Source: Methanothrix sp. (GTDB lineage: Archaea > Halobacteriota > Methanosarcinia > Methanotrichales > Methanotrichaceae). Taken from it: 15,187 nucleotides of DNA. This document shows positions 7,809-15,187 of the stretch, piece by piece. How positions within the stretch are numbered: position 1 is the first letter of the stretch; the number at the start of each line of letters is the position of its first letter. The notes beneath the pieces are model-generated. The model had not been told where the DNA came from, did not search any database, and was given only the letters and a program-made list of their open reading frames with translations. The translations under genes were made by a program, and so were the position numbers. The stretch spans positions 1 through 15,187 of the forward strand of contig JBAXWY010000057.1 in assembly GCA_037128175.1 (NCBI GenBank). The letters run 5' to 3'.

Positions 7809-8717
7809 ATGTGCTGGAGAACGGCTGCCAGGCTCACATTCGGTCTGTTTCTTATAGCGGCCCTGCTCTACAGGTTTGATCCTGCCGCGGTCTTATCTAC
7901 AATTCTCTCTGCCAGCCCACTCCTCCTGCTGGCTCCAGCGGTCTACTCGATCACCTTTCTCATCCTCTCTTTGCGATGGCGGCGGATCCTTCACGCGTTG
8001 GGAGAGGATCTGCCCCTCTCCGAAGCCTACCTGGCCTTTGCAGGCGGCATGATCCTCTCGGATCTGACGCCAGGCAGGATCGGCGACCTATCACGGTCGC
8101 TGCTGGTCAGAGACAAGGTGGCACTGAACAAGGGCTTGGCTTCAGTGGTGATCGACCGGTATGCAGATATTCTGACCATCTTTGCCCTGGGGCTAGGGGG
8201 GATGCTCTTCCTCGCACAAAGAGGGCCGTACATTCTTCTGGCCTCATCAGTGATCCTCATGATTTTGGCATCGACATCCCTCCTATGGCTACGTAGATCC
8301 TCAGTCCTTCGCGTGCTTCGCAGTCGATCCTCCTCTTCACGCTTCATCGGGATCGCCAATGCCCTCGAAGAAGCGATATGCGATGTACGAGGGGTCAATG
8401 GACTGATGGCAGGATCGGTGCTAATGACAATCCTCGCCTGGATCACCCACGCTCTAAGGATTGCCATCATAGCTAGGTCCGTGGGCTACGAGATCCCTCT
8501 GATCGTTCTTATTTTTGGGCTGCCCCTCGTCAGCGCCCTCTCCCTTATCCCGGTGACCGTCTCTGGCCTGGGGCTCGTGGAGGGAGGTCTTGCAGTCCTG
8601 CTCGCGGGCGCTGGAGTGCCTGTAGCCGTGGGCGTCTCGATAGCGCTTATAGATCGAGCCATCACTGTGGCCTTTCATATCCTGGTCGGAGCGCGTGCCG
8701 CCGCCAGGGCGCTATAA
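7809..8717 (+). CDS. Lysylphosphatidylglycerol-synthase TM / flippase-like membrane protein (UPF0104)
   Basis: LRWRRIL, TPGRIGDLSR, SVVIDRYAD, IPVTVSGLGLVEGG and LIDRAIT motifs; hydrophobic throughout. Confidence 0.88.
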   Translation: MCWRTAARLTFGLFLIAALLYRFDPAAVLSTILSASPLLLLAPAVYSITFLILSLRWRRILHALGEDLPLSEAYLAFAGGMILSDLTPGRIGDLSRSLLVRDKVALNKGLASVVIDRYADILTIFALGLGGMLFLAQRGPYILLASSVILMILASTSLLWLRRSSVLRVLRSRSSSSRFIGIANALEEAICDVRGVNGLMAGSVLMTILAWITHALRIAIIARSVGYEIPLIVLIFGLPLVSALSLIPVTVSGLGLVEGGLAVLLAGAGVPVAVGVSIALIDRAITVAFHILVGARAAARAL

Positions 8718-8774
8718 GGCGAGGAGCTTATCGATTGGAAAAATGCGTAGTATACTCGCGGAAACGCTCGCCTC

Positions 8775-8780
8775 TTTATA
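8775..8780 (+). promoter_or_regulatory. TATA box for the cupin-ester cyclase operon
   Basis: TTTATA about 57 nt upstream of the cupin ATG; SD-like GAGGGAG precedes the start. Confidence 0.5.
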
Positions 8781-8836
8781 CATTGATATCCATTCTGCTC
8801 AGAATAGAACTAACATTTTGAGGGAGTGAGATTGAG

Positions 8837-9175
8837 ATGAAAATTGTTCAGGTAAAGGACGTATACAGCAAGCCCAATCCGCATGGAGTGGATGCCAGAA
8901 GCATCAGCGATACAGAGAACGCCCAGGTGGCGCACATCACCTTGCAGCCGGGCGAGTCCCTGAAAAAGCATATCACCCCCGTAGATGTGGTCTTCTACGT
9001 GCTGGAAGGCCGGGGGGTGGTGGAGATAGGCGAGGAGCGAGCCGAAGTGTTAGCTGATACGTTGATCGAAAGCCCGGCCAAAATCGCTCACCGCTGGATA
9101 AATGAAAGCCATGAGGCGCTCTGCATATTGGTGATAAAGACGCCCCGGCCCAAAGAAGCCACCAAGATGCTGTGA
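8837..9175 (+). CDS. Cupin domain protein (Cupin_2)
   Basis: LQPGESLKKHITPVDVVFYVLEGRG and ESPAKIAHRWINES cupin motifs 1 and 2; good SD. Confidence 0.9.
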   Translation: MKIVQVKDVYSKPNPHGVDARSISDTENAQVAHITLQPGESLKKHITPVDVVFYVLEGRGVVEIGEERAEVLADTLIESPAKIAHRWINESHEALCILVIKTPRPKEATKML

Positions 9176-9438
9176 GAGGAATGATTTCCATGTCGATTGA
9201 TGAGAACAAAGCCCTCGTCCGCCGCTTCTTTGCCCTGGGGCCTTCCCAGGGTGACCTGAAGGCGGCGGGCGAGCTGCTGGCCAATGATTTCACCCTGCAC
9301 GTGCCACTTCCCTGCTCGCCGGGTGTTCAGGGAATGAACGAGGTGATTCTTGCCTGCCGGGCCGCTTTTGAGCATCTCGATGTTACTGTGGAGGATATGG
9401 TGGCAGATGGAGAAATGGTTGCCGCCCGCTTCACCTCT

Positions 9439-9484
9439 TTGCCCAAGGAGGCCCCATCCTTTAGGGTGGGGGGGAATTGGGCAA
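9439..9484 (+). repeat. IS left-end hairpin
   Basis: Outer arms TTGCCCAA (9439-9446)/TTGGGCAA (9477-9484) enclose CCCCATCCT-TT-AGGGTGGGG (9452-9471). Confidence 0.85.
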
Positions 9485-9504
9485 TATCGTTTCGTAGATA
9501 GTTA

Positions 9505-9510
9505 TTTATA
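9505..9510 (+). promoter_or_regulatory. TATA box of tnpB (likely leaderless transcript)
   Basis: TTTATA ending 25 nt before the ATG at 9536; no SD. Confidence 0.6.
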
Positions 9511-9535
9511 GTCATAGAGCTATATCCTCAATACA

Positions 9536-10645
9536 ATGATGCAAACTCTTATGGTTAAGGTAGAGACTACCCCGGAGCAAGCCGATGCTCTCCACAAGAC
9601 CATGCATCAGTTCAATGCTGCTTGTAATGACATTGCTAAGACTGCGTTTGAGTTGCGACTTGCCAATAAAATTGAGTTGCAGAAGACCGTCTATTATCGC
9701 ATTCGAGAGCAATACAACCTCTCCGCTCAGATGGCGGTTCGTGCCATTTCCAAGACGGTTGAAGCCTACAAGCGAGACAAATCCATCCAAGTAGAATTTG
9801 ATCTTGATGGTGCAATGCCTTACGATCAGCGTATCATGTCCTGGAAAGGTATTGATAGGGTTTCTTTGCTTACCCTGGAAGGCCGGATCGTCATGCCTAT
9901 TCGCATCGGAGAGTACTATTCCGATAGGATGAATCGTCCTAGTGGTCAAGTTGACCTGATCTTCAGGAACAAAACCTTCTATCTTGCCGTTGTAGTTGAT
10001 GCCCCTGAAGCATCTCCTATCGATGCTACAGCAGTCCTTGGTATTGATCTTGGTGTCAAGAATATTGCGGTTGACTCGACCGGAGAAGTTTTCTCTGGTG
10101 ATGCCATCGAGAAGACTAGGCGCAAGATAGACACGATTAAGGCGGATCTGCAACACTGTGGCACACCAAGTGCGAAAAGACATCTCAAGAAGATCGGCAA
10201 ACGCGAATCCAGATTCAGACGTGATACCAATCATTGCATCTCCAAAAAGATGGTTGCGAAGGCTATAGACACTTCTTCTATAATCGCCCTTGAAGATCTT
10301 GAGGGCATTAGGAAGAGGACTACGGTTAAGATGTCCGAGAGGCGCAAGCATCTTTCGTGGGGATTTGCCCAACTCAGGCAGTTCATAGGCTACAAGGCAT
10401 CCAAAGCTGGAGTGCCTGTGATCTACATCGACCCGGCTTATACATCACAGGAATGCCATGTTTGTCATCATATATCCAAATCCAATCGACCCACGAGGGA
10501 CGATTTTGTTTGTACCTGCTGTGGTTCCTCTGCTCCAGCCGACTACAATGCAGCTCTGAATATCAGAGCAAGGGTAGAAGCCAACCTGCCCATCGTAGCG
10601 CGACTTTTTGCGCAGCTACAAGCCCCGCCCTTCAGGACGGGGTAG
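9536..10645 (+). CDS. tnpB: RNA-guided endonuclease TnpB
   Basis: 369 aa; RuvC-I VLGIDLG, RuvC-II IALEDL, YTSQ + CHVC...CTCC zinc ribbon, RuvC-III ADYNAALNI; all three acidic catalytic residues present. Confidence 0.95.
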   Translation: MMQTLMVKVETTPEQADALHKTMHQFNAACNDIAKTAFELRLANKIELQKTVYYRIREQYNLSAQMAVRAISKTVEAYKRDKSIQVEFDLDGAMPYDQRIMSWKGIDRVSLLTLEGRIVMPIRIGEYYSDRMNRPSGQVDLIFRNKTFYLAVVVDAPEASPIDATAVLGIDLGVKNIAVDSTGEVFSGDAIEKTRRKIDTIKADLQHCGTPSAKRHLKKIGKRESRFRRDTNHCISKKMVAKAIDTSSIIALEDLEGIRKRTTVKMSERRKHLSWGFAQLRQFIGYKASKAGVPVIYIDPAYTSQECHVCHHISKSNRPTRDDFVCTCCGSSAPADYNAALNIRARVEANLPIVARLFAQLQAPPFRTG

Positions 10646-10670
10646 TTGACAGCCCGAGGCATTCACAAGG
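10500..10670 (+). ncRNA. Predicted TnpB omegaRNA/reRNA: scaffold from the IS right end, guide from the flank at 10651 onward; 5' boundary approximate
   Basis: Known TnpB architecture plus right-end hairpin CCCCGCCCT-TC-AGGACGGGG (10623-10642) and terminal TTGAC. The transcript itself is not observable here. Confidence 0.55.
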
Positions 10671-10921
10671 GCAATTTCATGGGCCTGCCAGCCACCGGCA
10701 AGAGCATAACCATGACGGGCATTGAGATCTTTCGCATAGAAAACGGCAAGATTGCAGAGCTTTGGGGCGAGGCCAATTTGCTGGGACTGATGCAGAGCCT
10801 CACCGGTATTGCGCTTTGAGATCCTGCGTAGCGGCCGGCCCATCTACATCTCAGATGAGTCGATCAGGGAGCGATATGAGATGGAGACGCTCCACCTCTA
10901 CCGGGATACTGAACCGAATCC

Positions 10922-11281
10922 TCACAGCACGCACTGGTTGCAGTCCTGGCAGCCGCACTTGATGTTGGTGATCTTCCATCTCAACGCCCAGCGCTTCATA
11001 TCCTTGACGATGTCGATGATCTCAAGACCGCTCTGTGTGAGCGTGTACTCGCTCTTCACGGGAAAAGATGTGCTGTCCACCCTGTTCTTGACGAGGCCTT
11101 CCTTCTCCAGCTCCCGCAGGCGCGCCGAGAGCACCTTCTGGGTGATGCCGAAAAGGCAGCTTTTCAGCTCGGAAAAACGCCGGGTGTGCCCTTCGCCCTT
11201 GTAAAGCTCCAGGAGAATGAGCAGCGTCCATTTTCTGGCGATGTACTTGACGGTCAGGTTTACAGTGCATCCTTCCTGCAT
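10922..11281 (-). CDS. HxlR/DUF24 (MarR-type winged helix) transcriptional regulator with Cys-rich C-terminus
   Basis: GCTV...[43 protein letters not shown] motifs; tail CGCQDCNQC. Confidence 0.92.
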   Translation of the reverse strand: MQEGCTVNLTVKYIARKWTLLILLELYKGEGHTRRFSELKSCLFGITQKVLSARLRELEKEGLVKNRVDSTSFPVKSEYTLTQSGLEIIDIVKDMKRWALRWKITNIKCGCQDCNQCVL

Positions 11282-11316
11282 GGTATCTTTGCAGAAACGC
11301 TCTAGGCTAAATACCT

Positions 11317-11335
11317 TGGTATCCTTAGTATACCA
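11317..11335. promoter_or_regulatory. Palindromic operator candidate for the HxlR regulator
   Basis: TGGTAT-N7-ATACCA perfect 6-bp arms between the divergent regulator and hcp genes, 14 nt upstream of a TATA box. Confidence 0.65.
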
Positions 11336-11349
11336 TAGTAGTATAAGAA

Positions 11350-11356
11350 TTTATAA
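11350..11356 (+). promoter_or_regulatory. TATA box of hcp
   Basis: TTTATAA preceded by purine-rich AAGAA, about 60 nt upstream of the likely ATG. Confidence 0.6.
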
Positions 11357-11417
11357 GCGAGCTTTGCCCTTAACATTTAGAGAAAAATGCAGATCAATCA
11401 AGATGGAGATAAAGAAA

Positions 11418-12728
11418 ATGGCAGCAATTGAGAAACCGGATATGTTCTGCTACCAGTGCTCCCAAACGGCCGGAGGCACAGGCTGCACCATCAAAGGAGT
11501 ATGTGGAAAGGAAGCGATTGTGGCGCGTTTGCAGGACAACCTGCTCTTCGCCATTAAAGGCATCAGCGCCTACCTTTACCACGCACGGGAATTGGGCTAC
11601 ACCGACCCGGAGGTAGACGCCTTCATCGAGCGGGGCTTCTTCTCGACTCTTACTAATGTCAACTTCGATCCCCAGGAATTTCTGAACCTGGCAGTCAAGG
11701 CAGGGGAGATGAACATCAAGACCATGCAACTGCTCAAGAAGGCGCACATCGAGACCTTCGGCGAGCCCACTCCCACGCAAGTGAAGACAGGAACAGTCAA
11801 AGGCCACGGCATTCTGGTCACCGGCCACGACCTGCATGCTCTGGACAAGCTCCTAAGCCAGGTGGAGGGCACAGACGTTTTCGTCTACACCCACTCCGAG
11901 ATGCTGCCCGCCCATGGATATCCTGGCCTGCGAAAGTACAGGAACCTGGCCGGAAATCTGGGCAAAGCCTGGTTCGACCAGCGAAAGCTCTTCGCCCAGT
12001 ATCCCATGGCCCTGCTGGGAACCTCCAACTGCTTCCTGATCCCCAGGGAGGAGTACATAGATCGCATGTTCACGGTCGGGCCGGTTCACCTGCCCGGGGT
12101 AAAGCACATCGACGGCTATGACTACTCCGAGGTCATCGCCATGGCCCGCTCACTGCCCGAGCTTGCGGATGTGCCCGGAGAGTATGTGCTCACCACCGGC
12201 TTTTCCACTGCGGTCTTGCTGAGCCATGCTGCCAAGATCAAGCAACTGGTGGAACAGGGCAAGATCAAGAGATTCTTCCTGGTAGGCGGCTGCGACGCGC
12301 CCCTCAAAAAGTCAGACTACTACCGCGAGTTCGTGCAGAAGCTGCCCAAAGATACTGTGGTGCTTACCCTGGCCTGCGGCAAGTTCCGCTTCAACGACCT
12401 GGACCTGGGAGACATCGAGGGCATTCCCCGGCTCATCGATATCGGTCAGTGCAACGATGCCATCGTGGCCCTGGAAGTAGCCCAGGCGCTGGCAGGCCTC
12501 TTCGGCGTAGGCGTGAACGATCTACCCCTCACATTGGTGGTAAGCTGGATGGAGCAGAAGGCGGTGGCCATTCTCTGGTCCCTGCTGGCGTTGGGAATCA
12601 AGGGCATTTACCTGGGGCCCATCGTGCCCGGCTGGATCAATGCGGATATGCTCAATATCCTGGTGGACAAGTACGACATCAAGCTGATCAGCACACCGGA
12701 TGAGGATATTAAAAAGATGATGGGATGA
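11418..12728 (+). CDS. hcp: Hybrid cluster protein / hydroxylamine reductase, short form (436 aa)
   Basis: [23 protein letters not shown] (Cx2Cx8Cx5C), [42 protein letters not shown]. Start set at ATG 11418 behind GGAGAT; 11403 is an alternative, and the track's 11217 start overlaps the regulator. Confidence 0.95.
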   Translation: MAAIEKPDMFCYQCSQTAGGTGCTIKGVCGKEAIVARLQDNLLFAIKGISAYLYHARELGYTDPEVDAFIERGFFSTLTNVNFDPQEFLNLAVKAGEMNIKTMQLLKKAHIETFGEPTPTQVKTGTVKGHGILVTGHDLHALDKLLSQVEGTDVFVYTHSEMLPAHGYPGLRKYRNLAGNLGKAWFDQRKLFAQYPMALLGTSNCFLIPREEYIDRMFTVGPVHLPGVKHIDGYDYSEVIAMARSLPELADVPGEYVLTTGFSTAVLLSHAAKIKQLVEQGKIKRFFLVGGCDAPLKKSDYYREFVQKLPKDTVVLTLACGKFRFNDLDLGDIEGIPRLIDIGQCNDAIVALEVAQALAGLFGVGVNDLPLTLVVSWMEQKAVAILWSLLALGIKGIYLGPIVPGWINADMLNILVDKYDIKLISTPDEDIKKMMG

Positions 12729-12783
12729 AGGGCTATACGCCCTCCCTTCCATCGCCCCCGGATCTATGGTGTTGCCTTAAGTA

Positions 12784-14643
12784 TCAATATGGGTAGATCT
12801 GAGGATTGCTGTTTCCGGTTATGACTGTTGTAGCATCCATGATGGGACGTCTATTTAGCCAGTTGATTGCACCACCCGATCTAGCGGTGTTGCCTGTGAT
12901 GGTGCTAACCCCTTTAATATAAAATGTACCCTGGGTTGCGATTCCACCACCGATTTTTTTTGCTGAATTTAAAGATACAGTGCTGTCTACTAATGTCGTT
13001 TTGCTGGAACAACAGCTGTAAACGCCGCCACCGCCATTTATCGCGGCATTTTTGGTGATGGTGCTTGATTGCACGGTGGTTGTTCCATAATTATAGAAAC
13101 CTCCACCGTAACCTGCCGTGTTCCCGGATATTGTGCTTCCTAACACATTCAGAGTGCCAACGTTGTAAATGCCACCACCCAAGAATTTGGCTGTATTTCC
13201 CTGTATGATGCTATCGGTTACAGTCAACCTTCCATAGTTAAGGACACCGCCCCCACATCCACCAGTTGTGCCGTATGCCGTCCTGATAAGCGAACCGGAG
13301 CCGCCTTGGATAGTCATTCCAGCGAGGGTTACATCCGTTTTAGGATTGTTCTTGCCTAATATGAATACCGACCCTGCCTTATTGCCATCAACTATAGTTT
13401 GGGCCGCACCGGCACCATTAACGATCAACGATTTATCGATCTTGACGTTTTCCTTATAAGTGCCGGCAGCGATGTTGATCGTCCCTCCTGAAGACGCAAG
13501 GGTAACACCGTCCTGAATTCTAGCCGCTTGGTTCACGCGGACTATTGGTGCGGTAATACCTCCCGAACCGGTTCCAAGTTTCGCATTTAAGGTAAAGCTG
13601 CTGGCCGTGGGATTGCCAGTTCCCTTGAGCGTTAGGTCTTTATCGATGTCAACATTCTCGATGTAGATTCCGGCAGCCGCATTTATGATATCGCCAGACT
13701 GTGCGGCATTCACGGCTCCCTGTATTCCCTGGGCAGGATTGACATAATAGCCCAGCGTTCCCGATACAGCCTGACCTAAGGCATACTTCTTAGCCACCAT
13801 TGATAGGTCATACTCAGTGCCGAAGTCCGAGACCCTGGTCTTGGTAATTGGAGTGCCAGTCGTCGGTGTATAGGCTGCCGTGCTGGTGAATGTACCGTGC
13901 ATATGCTCCGTCTGCACTACCTGAGTAGTGGTTCCTGCCGAGGAAGTCTCGCTCAATCCCGCAAATGTGGCTTTTTCTCCAGAGATGCCCTGTTGCAGTG
14001 TATCTGCGCTATAGGTTCCAATGCTATCCTTCGCAGTGCCATAAATCAGAATGGAATTTGCCGCTCCGCTGGTTGCCATCTGGCTGGCAAGAACTGATTT
14101 GCCAGTGGTTACTGCTTTGCCGTAATATCCGGTTAGTGTGACGTAGTCACCCGCTATCGAGGGATTGTTAGATTCCTCCAAACCCACGCTTGCCGATCGA
14201 GTGGTGCCATAGGATGAAGTTGCAGTACACTTGATGGAATCCGCAGTGGGGACGGTCAGCCATTGTTCAGCCGAGACCTGGGTGCGAGTAGTTACACTAC
14301 CTTCCTTGGGCAGGACTTTAGAGCGATATGTCAGGCCGCTGGGCGCATTGACCACCTTGACGTACACGCTGGCACTCTTTCCAGAACGGTCCTTGACTGC
14401 ATGAGTCTCTTCGAATGTATTTATTGGCCCAGTTATAGCCGTTGATGGTGTTACAGTTGCGCTATTTATTGCAATCTGGCTGCTTACAACTGTGGTTTTC
14501 AAGGTATCGAAATTCATTGATACCGAGCCGCTTTCGCCACTGACGCCACCTGCTGCAGTGATCTGAATGCCGCCATAAGCACCCTGGATAAGGGCAATTA
14601 ATGCTACAGTGTAGACGATTAGGCATCTTCCATTGAGTCTCAT
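12784..14643 (-). CDS. Secreted/cell-surface protein with parallel beta-helix (pectin-lyase-like) C-terminal repeats
   Basis: Signal peptide MRLNGRCLIVYTVALIALIQGAYG; Thr/Ser/Gly-rich N-half; two IQ.....A..G..I..AAG.Y.ENV.IDK cap motifs; repeated GGG(I/V/F)YN...I.GN.A units. Confidence 0.8.
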   Translation of the reverse strand: MRLNGRCLIVYTVALIALIQGAYGGIQITAAGGVSGESGSVSMNFDTLKTTVVSSQIAINSATVTPSTAITGPINTFEETHAVKDRSGKSASVYVKVVNAPSGLTYRSKVLPKEGSVTTRTQVSAEQWLTVPTADSIKCTATSSYGTTRSASVGLEESNNPSIAGDYVTLTGYYGKAVTTGKSVLASQMATSGAANSILIYGTAKDSIGTYSADTLQQGISGEKATFAGLSETSSAGTTTQVVQTEHMHGTFTSTAAYTPTTGTPITKTRVSDFGTEYDLSMVAKKYALGQAVSGTLGYYVNPAQGIQGAVNAAQSGDIINAAAGIYIENVDIDKDLTLKGTGNPTASSFTLNAKLGTGSGGITAPIVRVNQAARIQDGVTLASSGGTINIAAGTYKENVKIDKSLIVNGAGAAQTIVDGNKAGSVFILGKNNPKTDVTLAGMTIQGGSGSLIRTAYGTTGGCGGGVLNYGRLTVTDSIIQGNTAKFLGGGIYNVGTLNVLGSTISGNTAGYGGGFYNYGTTTVQSSTITKNAAINGGGGVYSCCSSKTTLVDSTVSLNSAKKIGGGIATQGTFYIKGVSTITGNTARSGGAINWLNRRPIMDATTVITGNSNPQIYPY

Positions 14644-14888
14644 TTCAACCTTCCTATTTTCTTCTGTTAATCTTGAAAGAACACAAAATAATTAAAGATT
14701 TGCTTTCGCCAAAGAAAGGCAACGGCAGCATGCCAATATCAATGAAGTCGCGAGATTCTGGGTGCAACGGTTGATGATGGTGAATATTAGGCACGTTTGC
14801 TGCGAAGTTAGGTCCAAATATTTTGCAGTACGGGGATAAGACCGACATCTAGAACTACTAGATTTCTACGGCTCCGGCACTCATTGTC

Positions 14889-14925
14889 TGTAATAATATT
14901 TTATTACATTAAAAACATTTATATT
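14889..14925 (+). promoter_or_regulatory. Palindrome plus BRE/TATA upstream of the last ORF
   Basis: TGTAATAA-TATT-TTATTACA (14889-14908), then AAAAAC and TTTATATT (14918-14925). Confidence 0.55.
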
Positions 14926-14970
14926 TAGGGACAAACTAATATCACTAGAAATGTGTTCGAGGATAAAAGA

Positions 14971-15187
14971 ATGGGAAGGAATTTAGTTTGTCTCCCGGTC
15001 ATAACTTTCATCGCAATGATTTTGATGCCTATGGTGGCAGCTCAAACAATTGAAGAATCTGCAATTGCTCTTCGTTCCGCCAATGACCAGTACGTCTGCG
15101 CAGAAGGTGGCGGAGGTGACGTGGTTGTGGCTAACCGCAATGCCATCGCTGCCTGGGAGACATTCAAGCTCATCGACAGAGGAAACG
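14971..15187 (+). CDS. Secreted protein with fascin-like beta-trefoil repeat, 5' part only (runs off the window)
   Basis: Manual translation: MGRNLVCLPVITFIAMILMPMVAA-QTIEESAIALRSANDQYVCAEGGGGDVVVANRNAIAAWETFKLIDRGN; signal peptide, then the IALRS.N..YV.AE.GG...ANR....WE.F fascin-type motif; SD GAGGA at 14959-14963. Confidence 0.8.
   Translation, partial: MGRNLVCLPVITFIAMILMPMVAAQTIEESAIALRSANDQYVCAEGGGGDVVVANRNAIAAWETFKLIDRGN

Larger units (their letters stand above)
9435..10650 (+). mobile_element. IS200/IS605-family element, tnpB only (IS1341-type), 1216 bp
   Basis: Bounded by the two halves of the ester cyclase gene with no target duplication; inserted 3' of TTCAC and ending in TTGAC; similar subterminal hairpins at both ends; no tnpA. 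Confidence 0.93.
9190..10819 (+). pseudogene. SnoaL-like ester cyclase gene split by an IS: 5' part 9190-9434, 3' part 10651-10819
   Basis: Joining TTC AC (9430-9434) to A GCC CGA GGC (10651 onward) restores one 137-aa ORF: MSIDENKALVRRF...VEDMVADGEMVAARFT-ARGIHKGNFMGLPATGKSITMTGIEIFRIENGKIAELWGEANLLGLMQSL, a classic ester cyclase pattern. Confidence 0.93.

Noticed and set aside
5940-8678. Many short overlapping ORFs within the two membrane protein genes
   Set aside because: Expected shadow ORFs in GC-rich coding DNA; none has family motifs.
9172-9501. 109-aa ORF as a complete gene
   Set aside because: It is the 5' half of the ester cyclase reading into the IS left end; the tail SLPKEAPSFRVGGNWAISFRR is IS-derived.
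9512-10372. 286-aa antisense ORF inside the IS, considered as a possible tnpA or accessory gene
   Set aside because: Almost entirely antisense to tnpB, with no HUH/Y1 or serine-recombinase motifs; typical shadow ORF.
11217-11417. N-terminal extension of hcp in the ORF track
   Set aside because: Overlaps the divergent regulator and the promoter/operator; Hcp similarity begins at MFCYQC and an SD precedes ATG 11418.
14654-14848. 64-aa minus-strand ORF in the intergenic region
   Set aside because: No recognisable motif or SD; overlaps the likely promoter of the surface protein gene.

Overview
Archaeal-looking window, probably a Methanothrix/Methanosaeta-like methanogen. This is inferred from TATA-box promoters, gene content and a short Hcp, not from a search. 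Left part (about 1-5936, visibly more AT-rich than the middle) is a RiPP locus of the SynChlorMet type. On the minus strand it has a 74-aa precursor with a YxxPxL leader and 11-residue T-C-T-x-x-G repeats, then a ScmC-like HPr-kinase-type P-loop protein, a membrane-anchorless S26 peptidase, a ScmD/PqqD RRE and a ScmE-like radical SAM gene. That last gene is cut off at a CTAG by palindrome-rich foreign sequence at the window edge. Divergent from these are an ABC exporter and a coupled nucleotidyltransferase. The middle is GC-rich: a GT-C-like membrane protein, a flippase-like protein, a cupin, and a SnoaL-like ester cyclase cleanly split by a 1216-bp tnpB-only IS200/IS605 element whose ends, target motif and TnpB guide can be read from the sequence. 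Next come an HxlR regulator with a Cys-rich tail, divergent from a short hybrid-cluster protein gene (hcp) with a palindromic operator between them. The right end has a secreted beta-helix surface protein and the start of a secreted fascin-like protein that the ORF track misses.
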